64,000 nt of DNA from contig JALDZX010000063.1 of NCBI GenBank assembly GCA_022813865.1, positions 1-64,000 on the forward strand, read 5' to 3'. The position numbers and the translations under genes are program-made. Source of the DNA: Xylographa opegraphella (taxonomy: Eukaryota). The notes beneath the pieces were generated by a model. It worked only from the letters and a program-made list of their open reading frames with translations. It was not told where the DNA came from and did no database searches. This document shows positions 1 to 10,661 of the stretch, in pieces; position 1 is the first letter of the stretch; the number at the start of each line of letters is the position of its first letter.

Positions 1-239
1 GAGCTCGTCTTAGTTTCACCCCGAAGGGTTACTCGTCACCAGCACTGCGAAGAAGTGCGAGCTCGGCGCTGGTGGGTCCTGCTGTACAACTCGGTGCAGA
101 TAGGTGGATATCGACATTTAATGGTCGGCATATGTAATGGTCAAGGTGCGAATTTACTGAGAAGAGGACAAGACTTACATCGAGGTGTTGAAGGAAGCTA
201 GTTCTAGGTAAGGGATTGGATGGAAATGGTTCTAGAGAG

Positions 240-600
240 GATGTGTCTGGCTGTTAGATGATGGAGATAGGATGAAGATGATAGACCTAGCAAACAAGTA
301 TGGAATTGTAGTGAGGTTAAGTGGTAGATGAACGGTGAAAGACGTTGTTGAAGCGTGACATATAGCTGTTAGTTGAAGAAGATGAAATGAAGATGGATAG
401 ACATAGCAAAGAAGTAAGACATTGTAGAAAGGTTGCAGTGGTTGATGGAAGAAGGTGAGAGATGTTGGTGAAGAGTGACAGATAGCTGTTAGTTGCGGAA
501 GATGATTGGGAGATGATTAGACTTAGCTGGATAATGTTGAACGCTAGAGATGTTATGGGACGATACTGTGAGAGTGTTAGTTGAGGAAGATGTTAAGAGG
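240..600. repeat. Degenerate ~120-bp tandem repeat, purine-rich on + strand
   Basis: The motif gaca(t/g)atagctgttagttg occurs at 357 and 477, with weaker copies near 243 and 570. The motif gatagac.tagcaaa.aagta recurs at about 280 and 396. Confidence 0.7.
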
Positions 601-679
601 AGAGGGAGACTTAGGGAAATAAGCGAAATGAGCGAACTTATTGCTAGGTGTTGATCAGCAGATGGAGCATACATACAGG

Positions 680-920
680 AGATTACATGAGAGAGATGTT
701 AAAGAGCCAGAGCCAACGCTGTAGCTATATGAAGGAGTACATGAACAGGATCTGATAAGTGCAGAAGATTACATGCGAGACGAGAGTGCTCGGGGCCTAG
801 AGTCAAAGCTGTAGCTATATGAAGGAGTACATGAGCTGGATCTGGGAAGTGCAGAAGATTACATGAGAAGAGAGGACTCGGGTGCTAGAGACAACGCCGT
901 AGCTACATAACAGGATAGAT
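680..920. repeat. ~90-bp tandem repeat (about 2.5 copies)
   Basis: gctgtagctatatgaaggagtacatga at 718 and 808, a degenerate third copy at about 896, and agattacatg at about 682, 766 and 856. Confidence 0.8.
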
Positions 921-1030
921 GAACAGGACACATGAACAGGATACACAACCAGGACACATGAACAGGATACACAACCAGGACACATGAACAGTACACACGA
1001 ACAAGATACATGACCAAAACACACAACCAA
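911..1030. repeat. 13/26-bp minisatellite (caggacacatgaa-caggatacacaac)n
   Basis: caggacacatg at 924, 950 and 976. It decays into A/C-only low-complexity sequence up to about 1130. Confidence 0.85.
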
Positions 1031-1916
1031 GACCCCAAAAGCACAAAAAACCACACCCAAACCCCCAAAAAACCACAAGTCCCCCAACCACCACAACAAC
1101 CCACAACCAACCCCCAGACCGCCACCGAAAAGAAAAGAAAGAACGAAAGAATTCGAAAGAGAGGAAGCCGTCCTTTATATACCCTCCCCTCCCCTCCCCT
1201 CCCCTCCCCACAAGCGGGCCCCATACGTTCGCGATCCAGGCGCGTTGCCTTTCACTGACTGATCACCAACACGCGTTTCGGCAGATGAGAGGCGAGAGAG
1301 GGAGGTTGGGCACGGAAGGTTTTGGCACGCGAAGTCTATACTCGCCTGGGCGGGGCGCGCACGGATGCGCGAGGTGAGGTGAGGTGAGGTGAGATAACAC
1401 ACGCGCGAAGAAGGTGAGGGAGCATAGTAAGGTCGGTATTCACTATACGGTGCTCATCAAAGCGCGTGATCAAACCCCATCGCGCTCATTGCCGAGTGTT
1501 TGCGGTTCAGATCTAGCATGTGGGCGAGAGAGTGTTGGAGGATCGCTCTGCACGGAAAAATAACGTTTGAGATGGGGGACAGGACGTGAGAAGCTTCTCA
1601 TATGGGACAAAGTCAAAAGCGATTGTTGGATCCGATGGCTGCGAAGCCCACGAATGGACAGTGCTGGAATGGATGAGCCAAGAAATGCTTTTGTAACACA
1701 TTAAATTATTTTCTGATTGTTTTCTTCTTTTCTGCTGTTCTGCGACCCTTCACATAAAATGTAAAATTCAAGACGCATCCGAGCGCGAATGGATCATGCT
1801 GCGCGCTAAACAAAAAACCCGCAGACGCTACCTTACCTTAGGACTGACGGATACCGTATATTTCATCACAAACCTCCGATGTGCGCATCGTAGCCTTAGC
1901 CTTTCCCACATCCTGC

Positions 1917-3380
1917 TCAAACCTGCCACGCATACCTCTTCATCGGTCTTGGGCCCGTCTTCATACCCCCGGTCGCGCTCGTCCAGGTTGCCTCGGTACT
2001 CGTTGGGCTTCCGACGCCGGTGCCGGTGCTGGTTGGAATGCTGGTTGTATGGCTGGTGTGGCCACCGCCGGTCCCCACTGCAGAGGTCTGGCTGGAAGAA
2101 GGTGTCTGGTATGGGGCGCTCGAGGTAGCGGTAGCCGTGACGGTTGAGACTGGTACACTGGCAGTAGCGGTAGTCGTGCTAACCACGACTATGGAAGTGG
2201 GAGAGCCGTTAGGCAATGTGGACGTGTAGGTGAAAGACTCGGTAATGGTAGTCAATGGAGGCCCGCCGCCACCTACAGTGGTGGTGGGGCTTGATCCTCC
2301 GCCACAAGGCAAGGTCACGTAGATTGTTGAGTAGATGGTCGTGGGTGGTGGACAGGTGCCGGAAGGGCCGCCAGGGACAACCGGCGTTGTTGTCGGACCT
2401 GTAGGGCCGGACTCCGAAATGGTAGGAGCTGGACTACCAGGAGTCGATGTACCAGGAGCAGGAGATCCTGAGGGCGGTGCACCAGCTGTAGTGGTTGGGC
2501 AAACAACCACGACCCCGGTGGTAGTAGAGGTCACGGTGATCGTCGAATATGTCATGGACAAGGCAGTGGAGAAGTAGGTCACGGTCCCGGACGTGCCAAC
2601 GGGGGTCGATTGAGGCATAAAGCCCGTGAGGGTCGACGTCATGGTTGTAGTCCCGACGGTCGTCATAGTGATGGTCGACTTGACCGGGCCGGTGGTTGTA
2701 GTGGTGATCGGGCCGCTTGGGGTCGTTGTTGGCGAGGTGATGTGCGTAGTTCCAGTTCCCGGAGCACCCGGGGAAGTTGACTTCGACGACGTCAACGTTG
2801 GTGACACTGTAGGACTGGTAGTTTTGTGACATCCTCCTGGGCAACTTGTGACGGTTATGGTTGATGTCGTAAGGGTGGTGTAAATGGTGACCGAGGAGCC
2901 GGTAGTTTGAGTCACCGTCACCGGGCATGTTGTGACGGTGGTGTAAATTGTGTCTGTCTCAGTCGTGCCAGATGATACCGAAGTTAAGGAGCTGGTCGGT
3001 GGCGTCGGCTTAGACGTGACCGAAGTTGGCGACGCTGTAGCACTTGTGGTTTTGTGACATCCTCCCTTGCAACTGGTGACAGTAATAGTTGACGTCGTAA
3101 GGGTCGTGTAAATGGTGACCGAAGAGCCGGTGGTTTGGGTCACCGTCACGGGACATGTGGTGACCGTGGTGTAGATTGTATCCGTCTCGGTCGTGCCGGG
3201 CGGTGGAGGCCCTCCTGACGATACTGAGGTTAAAGAGGTGGTCGTTGGGGTCGGCGACGAAGAACCGCTCGACCATGTTGAGGATGTCGAGACGGTTGTC
3301 GTAGCGTTCGAAGAACTTGCGGGCCAAGCAGCGGCACCACTCAGGGCCACAGCCGCCATATAAAGTACACGAGCATACAT
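1917..3380 (-). CDS. Secreted Ser/Thr-rich mucin-like cell-wall protein with two Cys-containing flocculin-like repeats (487 aa)
   Basis: Signal peptide MYARVLYMAAVALSGAAA; very high Thr/Ser content; duplicated TTETDTIYTTVTTCPVTVTQTTGSSVTIYTTLTTSTITVTSC.GGCHKTT; intronless ORF; TATA-like tatataa upstream at about 3520-3526. Confidence 0.85.
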   Translation of the reverse strand: MYARVLYMAAVALSGAAAWPASSSNATTTVSTSSTWSSGSSSPTPTTTSLTSVSSGGPPPPGTTETDTIYTTVTTCPVTVTQTTGSSVTIYTTLTTSTITVTSCKGGCHKTTSATASPTSVTSKPTPPTSSLTSVSSGTTETDTIYTTVTTCPVTVTQTTGSSVTIYTTLTTSTITVTSCPGGCHKTTSPTVSPTLTSSKSTSPGAPGTGTTHITSPTTTPSGPITTTTTGPVKSTITMTTVGTTTMTSTLTGFMPQSTPVGTSGTVTYFSTALSMTYSTITVTSTTTGVVVVCPTTTAGAPPSGSPAPGTSTPGSPAPTISESGPTGPTTTPVVPGGPSGTCPPPTTIYSTIYVTLPCGGGSSPTTTVGGGGPPLTTITESFTYTSTLPNGSPTSIVVVSTTTATASVPVSTVTATATSSAPYQTPSSSQTSAVGTGGGHTSHTTSIPTSTGTGVGSPTSTEATWTSATGGMKTGPRPMKRYAWQV

Positions 3381-4638
3381 TGTGTGACCTCCAAATGTGA
3401 ACGACAGTGTGAAGAAAAGAGGAACGACAGGTGGTATTAAACGTCAGATAGCGAATGCAACTGTCCCCACAATGAGCTGATCAGATGTGGACGGTGCATG
3501 AAGGCTATCCGCCAGTACTTATATAACGGAGCGTGCGGAGATTCGTATTAAATGGATGGGATGACGCTTCCGGCTGGATAGCTCGACAGCTAGACAGCAT
3601 GCCCGAGCAGCTCGCGCGAGGATGACACGGGATTAGAAAACATGGCGAGCAGATCACGCTTGGCAAGCAAGTTAAGAACTGGTGTACCGTATAGCCATGC
3701 TACGAATAGCAGTCGGTGATCCCCACTTTCGTCGCCAAGCAGCAGTATTACACGCGGCATCAGGACGATAACCGCAGCAGGAAACATAAGCACGAAGGCT
3801 CAATTGCAGATTTGCTATCATTGCAAAGTAAAATACACATATTCAGAGGGGCTCAAGAATCACAATACCTGAGAAGCCCGTCGATACGCACGATGACGAA
3901 GGAAATCGTGGCTCAGCAGTGCTTTCTCGCGTGAAGCAATTGATGTGTATAAGGTAGGCAAGGTGAGGAAGTTAGGGTTTGGATGATGGCGGGGAACACG
4001 AGCCCTGAACTCGGAAAGCCGCTTAAGAGAGGAATACGACGGGGGCCTTCGCCTGCGGTGCTGCTGACTCAGGGCCGGTACGGAGCAGCGCACCGTGCAT
4101 ACGATGAGCGTCTTGAACACCGATTGACGTTGCGACCTTCAGGGGTGGAGGCGAGAGGAACACTCTACCGTTGAGCTTTAAGCTTCGCACCCACCAATCA
4201 CAGCGAGCCCAGCCACTCTAGCGGGCCTGCCAAGGCCGAGTGGATTATTTTTACACGCGGTCAGCGTCGAAGGAATACGAGCTGATCAGCCACGCTTCCC
4301 ATGGGTCGTGAGTGACGGTACCGAGGTAGCTTTCAGGTGCTTGCGTGTGGATGACAAACAGGATGACAAGGAGGCTTTGGCCTTCATCCTGATACTCCGT
4401 ATTAACGGCCATAAACTCATCGTAGTGTTGCGAGAGGTCCACTCCAACTTGGCAATAAGCAAACACTTGACTACAGTACACAAAACACGTAAAGGCGAGG
4501 TGCAAAAATGGATTATACTTCCGATCACGCTCATCCGGATCATGGCAGATGATGTCTGAACAATGACTAATATCTAGGCTACATACGAAGAATGAGACTT
4601 GTTGCGCTCGCCCAATTGCTCAGGCTTGCAGTCACATA

Positions 4639-5343
4639 TCAACCGTCAGAACACATAATTTCGAAGATGGAACCGTAGAACGTGTCGATTTCACCGGGAG
4701 GATACTCGACGACAAAATCATGAACGGGCAGTGGCTCAATGAAAACCGATCGACGAAGCAGACTGTGCATATCGTTCCCCAGCAGTGCAGGCAGCGGTCC
4801 GCCACCGGTTGAGCTGCGACAAGGTGGATCGCTAAAGAAAACGGTCCGCGGGCTTGCTGGGCTAGGGGTGATGGATGAAAGCTGCCGATATGTGATTCGA
4901 TAACTATCAAGCAAGTAATGGTGAGCTCGGAACTCTTCTTCGGTCATCTCTTGATAGTTGTCTGCAAGGACCACTCCGCCACGGAACACCGCCGGTTGTT
5001 CCGTGGCCCACGAACTCGCAGAGTCCAGCCGTGGCCCGTCGGCAATTTCGTGATCTTGATCTTGATCTGTTGCTGCCTCCGAGTGAACTTCCTTTTCGAG
5101 ATACTCGATCCGAGCTCTCAAGCTGGCGACCGCTTGCCGATATTGCTCTGAGAAACCGCTGGGGTGCCGATGTCCTTGACCTTGAAACAGCGGGAATGGA
5201 ACGAATTCCATGGCCGCGTTCGGAAGACTGTCCCAGTCCAGCGGATTCATCAGTTCCCCGGGGAGAAAGTACCGGTATCCAGTCGTCTCGAGGATCAACG
5301 ACACCAGGTAGTCGACCTGTGCAGGAGATATGTTGAATGACAT
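4639..5343 (-). CDS. Hypothetical protein (234 aa; may continue into the 4251-4620 frame)
   Basis: ATG-initiated ORF with protein-like composition and a short coiled-coil (YRQAVASLRARIEYLEKEV). No family recognised. Confidence 0.45.
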   Translation of the reverse strand: MSFNISPAQVDYLVSLILETTGYRYFLPGELMNPLDWDSLPNAAMEFVPFPLFQGQGHRHPSGFSEQYRQAVASLRARIEYLEKEVHSEAATDQDQDHEIADGPRLDSASSWATEQPAVFRGGVVLADNYQEMTEEEFRAHHYLLDSYRITYRQLSSITPSPASPRTVFFSDPPCRSSTGGGPLPALLGNDMHSLLRRSVFIEPLPVHDFVVEYPPGEIDTFYGSIFEIMCSDG

Positions 5344-6266
5344 GACTCACTGTGAAGCTAGGAACCTGTTTTAAATAGCACGACCGAAAGATCTGTGAGA
5401 CTTTGAAAGATGCTGGGAGCGGCGAGAGAACTTTTCGAATGGTCGTTGCGAAGATCGTGCGTCTTCAAGTCACTTATAAGTTATACCCATAGCTCGAGCC
5501 TACAGTTCATATGACAATGCCATTTGGTTTGCAACTCTTTGACCCTTTTCAACGGGACAATAGTCAACTCGTGGTGCTTGTCTTCTTGATCTGACTGTTG
5601 AATATATATGTCTTTGTCCATTGCTTGACTGTCCAGTTCGTTCCTCCCTGGAAACAAAGATCCTGCACAATACATTGTACTTCTGTTCACACCACATAAT
5701 GCTATTGCTGTCAAGGAAGCCTGGAAACTGACATCGTTGGGAAACCAGCTGACAAATCAATGCAGGGATGAAAAAAAACTTGCTATGGCAACTTGCTATC
5801 TATCTTACGATAGTTCGGACAATGCGAGAGTAATAAGATGCGTAAAGTGCTTTTGCTATGGCGCTTTACAATAAGAAAAACCAGACAAACAATCCACGTG
5901 CGAGCCACATATGCCCAAGCGTCGGAGTAACCGGTAGACCGAGCCATGCACCAGGTACCGCGGGCTCAGGACATACGTATCTAAGGTACCTCAAGGCATA
6001 TACCTATCTGCCGGTAGCTCTGAAGGCCGGCAACACCTTCGCGCTGAAGGTCAGATGTGGTTGCTACACAAGTGAATGATCGAGCTCTACTCGCAGCCTC
6101 TCTTCACACACTCGAATCGTAGGAATGGTTGGACACGATTTCACGCCTCCGTCTGCCAGCCGGCACTCTTCTCTTCACCTGACCTCAGTGAGAATTTGCT
6201 TCGCCTCTAATTTTATCCATTTAAGACATATACCTGCCCTGGATTCTAACTTGCTTGTTTCTTAAT

Positions 6267-6409
6267 CATCAATACCCACCAGAGCTTGACATTGATTGTT
6301 AAACATATCCTCGCTCTCTGTCATCGACCCCTCATCAAATCTTCACCCATCAAGCTTGACATTGATTGCTAGACGAGTCCTCGCTTTCTGTCATCGAGAT
6401 CGCATCAAG
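6267..6409 (+). repeat. 70-bp direct tandem duplication just upstream of the 6431 ATG
   Basis: agcttgacattgattg.ta.ac...tcctcgct.tctgtcatcga at 6283 and 6353. Confidence 0.85.
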
Positions 6410-6430
6410 CCTTGAGAGCTTTCACTCACC

Positions 6431-7156
6431 ATGGACTTAGACAACTCCTGTCCTTTTATGCGGCTTCCGGTTGAGCTCCGCCGTCAGATCCTTTCGTACA
6501 CGTGCCTGCTCCACCCTGGGCCCGTATCTGGCATCGATAACGGCATGACCTTTTCGGCGTTTCGTAAGTTGGTTCCTTTCACCACCGTCTCCAAGCAATT
6601 CAGGGAAGATGCTAGCTTTGTGTTCTTCTCCTATAACCACTTTGTCTGCTACTTCAATCTCGGAGCGCCAAATCCCACACTCTCTATTTTTCGATATCAA
6701 AGACTTCAGGATCTTCGTCTCATTCGCTACCTCGACTTCCGAGTGTCAGCGATGGAGGCGGAATACTGGATCGCTGATGCCTGGTCCCGTTGGGAGGAGC
6801 TGACAGCGCTCATCGCGGAGAAACTTCACCTTGAGAAAGTAGAACTCTCGATCTCTGTGTTAAATCCATACGGCAATATCAAAGATGCTTGTTGGCGCAG
6901 GTTGTGGCTTGGTCCAGAGAAGACTAGATGGCTGAGACCAGTGTACCAGAAGATCGTGCGGCCACTGGATGAAATTCCAGACTTCAAGAAGCTGAAAAGA
7001 CTGTACATTTTCTTGGCGTGTACACATCTCGTGGAGGATGAAGGCCCGGGTGACAGAGGGTTAGAATACGATAGGACAGTGCATGAAGTACTGCCTCTGG
7101 GAACAGAGGCGGGTTGGCCTCATTCGGATTGCCATCTCAGGGCGAAGCAGGACTAG
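6431..7156 (+). CDS. Fungal protein with N-terminal F-box-like motif (241 aa)
   Basis: CPFMRLPVELRRQILSY matches the F-box-like LP.ELR..I pattern, followed by VSKQFREDA..FFSYNHF as in this class of fungal proteins. Good start context caccATGG. Confidence 0.7.
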   Translation: MDLDNSCPFMRLPVELRRQILSYTCLLHPGPVSGIDNGMTFSAFRKLVPFTTVSKQFREDASFVFFSYNHFVCYFNLGAPNPTLSIFRYQRLQDLRLIRYLDFRVSAMEAEYWIADAWSRWEELTALIAEKLHLEKVELSISVLNPYGNIKDACWRRLWLGPEKTRWLRPVYQKIVRPLDEIPDFKKLKRLYIFLACTHLVEDEGPGDRGLEYDRTVHEVLPLGTEAGWPHSDCHLRAKQD

Positions 7157-8281
7157 CATCGCCAGCTAGACCAACCGAATAATATGGCATGGCCAATCAG
7201 ACACTAGCAGCCAGCCCGAAAGATGGACCACATGGTGGTTGTTCCAGGGTAGAATTGAATAATGACTATTATTTGCCGGCCATCAAAGGACGACCTCAAC
7301 CAGGGCTCCTCGGCTTTGTATGCTGCTTTATTATCCTAGTCTAATGTCGGATGCGGCAGTCTCCCGCAGATGTATTAGGCGCTCTAGATGTAGGATAGAA
7401 CACATGAATTTATCTTCAATACAAGACCTCCACGACCACTGCAGGCCTGAATTGGCACTTTATGAGATCACTCGTACGAGCGATTGTGTTGCGTGATGAT
7501 GATTGATGTTGCGTACCAATAGCATGAAAAATCGGAGAATTCAGTCGTGATTCAGCAAACGCCTGGCTGCATGTCCCTCACGACCAGGATGGTTACCGAC
7601 GGTCCAGGTCGCCACCCAATGAGACCTTATCTTTCAAATACCCGCCCTAGAATCGTCAACAGCAGCGATGAAAACCGCACTGAAGCCGGTGATATTAGGT
7701 CCTTTCTCAAGGACCGTCAATTTATGTAGTATTAAAAGGTGTTTACGGAGGTTCGACCCAAGAGGTGTCCGAATTCCATCGTGATATGATCGGCCGGCTA
7801 TTCTTGGAAGCATCGGCAAAATAGGGGGTGCTGGTGGCTGGGGATCGACCGGACACGGATGGTTTTTGCCAGGGGCCCACGCCTGTCCTATCACAGCTCG
7901 AGCTTCAATCAAACCCGCTCCGTTCAAGCAATTTAGTCTCTCATTGCGTGCGACCGCCAACGGGTGATTTCATAGATGAAGTGATTTTGGATCTTTACGG
8001 AGTACAGCTTTAACAACGCGACGAGATCCTTCGTGTGGCCTCTGCTCCTATCAAGAACGGTACTCAGTGCCGATTACGCTCGTTAGAGGCTTCCTTTATC
8101 GGTGTTGGTGAACCCTGACACGGCGACTACCTATCTCGACCAGGAGATCCTCCCACCACCATCCTCGACCTTCGTTTACTACTGTACTTCTACTTCTGCC
8201 CAGACCCCGTTGACATCGATGCTATACGCTGCACGTCCGTTACTTGTGAGAGTTCCGTGAATATCTCCCTCAAGCCGCGTC

Positions 8282-10661
8282 ATGCACGCGGATTTCCGAA
8301 TGGCCTTCCTGAGGCTTCTTGCCTTGGGCAGTGCGATAAGTTATTGCTCGGCCTTTTACGTTCCTGGTATGGACTACCGTTCACTTGGAATCTCTGTCGC
8401 AGTATCTGATCATAATCTGTGCAGGCTATTCGATTAAGACGTACGATGACGACGAAGCTATACCTCTACACGTCAACAAAGTTTACTCGGACAATACTCA
8501 GATTCAGTACGCCTATTATGATTTACCATTCGTGTGTCCACCTACCGGCAAGAAGCATGGGGGTATCGCCAGTGGACGAAGCATGTCCCTCAATCTGGGC
8601 GAGGTTCTACGCGGCGACCGAATCATGACCTCCGATTACGACCTGGTAATGGGCCAGGACCAGGAATGTCGGCATCTGTGCAGCCACGAAACGGACCGCG
8701 CTGGTATCAAGCGTGCAGAGAAACTCATCGAGGATGGGTATGTGGCTGAGTGGATTGTTGACAACCTTCCGGGTGCAACGAGCTTCGTGACCGTGGACAG
8801 AAGTCAACAGTATTACGCCGCAGGATTCAAGATGGGCTACAAAGACATCTCCTCGATTACTGGGAAGCCAAGATACTTTCTCAACAATCACCTTACGCTC
8901 GTAATCCGCTGGCGAAGGGCGCCCGGAAGAGCCGGTGACCGTGGCGCCAAAGTTATTGTTGGATTTGAGGTTTACACCAAGAGCGTGGCGGCCGAGGACA
9001 GAAGTAGCACAGGCTGTCCCAAGGATGTTCACAATGTCAATCAAGGAATGGAGCTCTTTATTTCTGCCAATAATACGAATTTCGCCAGTAAATACCCTCA
9101 CGCGTCATATTTGCCCGAGCAGGATGATGTCGACGATGGATCCACTCTGACAATCCCATACTCGTACTCGGTCTACTTTCGAGAGGATACACGAGTGGAG
9201 TGGGCGAATAGATGGGACATGTACTTCAACAACCAAGAAGAAAGCACCAGCATACACTGGCTTGCAATCGTCAACTCCCTTGTCATTGCCGGACTGTTGA
9301 CCACCGTCGTAGTCATGATCTGGAACAGAACTATACATGGTGATCAGAAGATTCCACGAGATGTCCCACTCGAGGAGGGAAAGAGCATGCTCAGGCGAAA
9401 GAAAATCAGAAGCGGTGCAAAGTCACCTCGACTCGCAGAGAAAAGCTCCAGTGGACTGCTCGAACAGACGGGTATCCTGGACAATGAAGATAATGACTCG
9501 TCAGATGATGAGGTTCTTGACGATATCACTGGGTGGAAGTTGTTGCATGCAGATGTTTTCCGAACTCCTGCGTATGCAGGCCTACTCGCTCCGTTGATCG
9601 GCTCTGGGATGCAGCTCGTCTTCATGACTACTGCCTTACTTATTCTGAGTTGTTTCGGTATTCTCAACCCCAGTTTCCGCGGTGGGTTCGTCAGCGTTGG
9701 GATGGGCTTGTTCGTGTTCGCGGGCATATTCTCGGGGTACTTTTCGGGAAGGGCGTATAAGACGTTTGGAGGTCTGAACTGGAGAAAGAACACGCTGATG
9801 GTCAGTCACATCCGGTGGGACTCTGCTTGGACGTGCTAACCGACAACAGACGGCTCTTCTTTTCCCAGGGCTTCTGTTCAGCACCATTTTCGTCCTCAAT
9901 CTCTTTGTCTGGGCGCAGGCATCCAGCACGGCTATACCATTCGGAACGCTTGTCGGTCTGCTAGCATTGTGGCTTCTCATCCAATTGCCGCTAGTCTATG
10001 TCGGGAGCTGGGTGGGTTACCACCGCAGTCAGCCATGGGAGCACCCGACCCGAACCAGTAGTATCCCACGACAGATCCCTGCGCAGTCGTGGTACACCAA
10101 GAGCATCTGGGCTGTTCTCCTCGCTGGCCTGGTGCCATTCGCAGTCATATTCATCGAGCTGCTTTTCGTGTTCCGCAGCTTGTGGCAGGACAAGAGTGAC
10201 TACTACTACGTTTTCGGCTTCCTCACCGTGGTGAGCATGGTGCTGATCGTCACGATTGTGGAGGTGACCATCGTCGCCACGTATGTGCAACTGTGCGCGG
10301 AGGTGAGGCCCTCTAGTCATCCTTTCAGGGTCGACCCACTGACGTGATAGAACTACCACTGGTGGTGGCAGTCCTTTTTCATCGGAGGCGGCAGCGCCAT
10401 CTGGGTCTTCCTCTACTGCGCGTGGTACTACTTCATGAAGCTCAACATATCGGGCTTCATCTCGGGCATGCTGTTTTTTAGCTACAGTCTTTTGGCGTGC
10501 GGCGTCTACGGCTTACTGACGGGCACGGTGGGCTTCCTGGCCGCGTATGCATTTGTGAGGCGTATCTACGGGTGAGTTTGGCGCCTCGAGATCATCATCT
10601 TCGCGCCGAGGACGTGAGCAAGCGGCTGACGTGGCTTTCTAGGTCTATCAAGGCAGATTAA
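8282..10661 (+). CDS. Transmembrane 9 superfamily (EMP70/nonaspanin) protein, 5 exons
   Basis: Exons 8282-8366, 8425-9800, 9850-10302, 10351-10571 and 10643-10661. Motifs AFYVPG, YYDLPFVCP, NLGEVLRGDRI, IHWLAIVNS, GWKLLHADVFR, ENYHWWWQSF and C-terminal IKAD (KxD/E). All introns are GT-AG with branch sites. Confidence 0.95.

Noticed and set aside
815..1258. Cys/Val-rich and Pro/Lys-rich ORFs at the left end
   Set aside because: They are translations of the minisatellite and low-complexity sequence.
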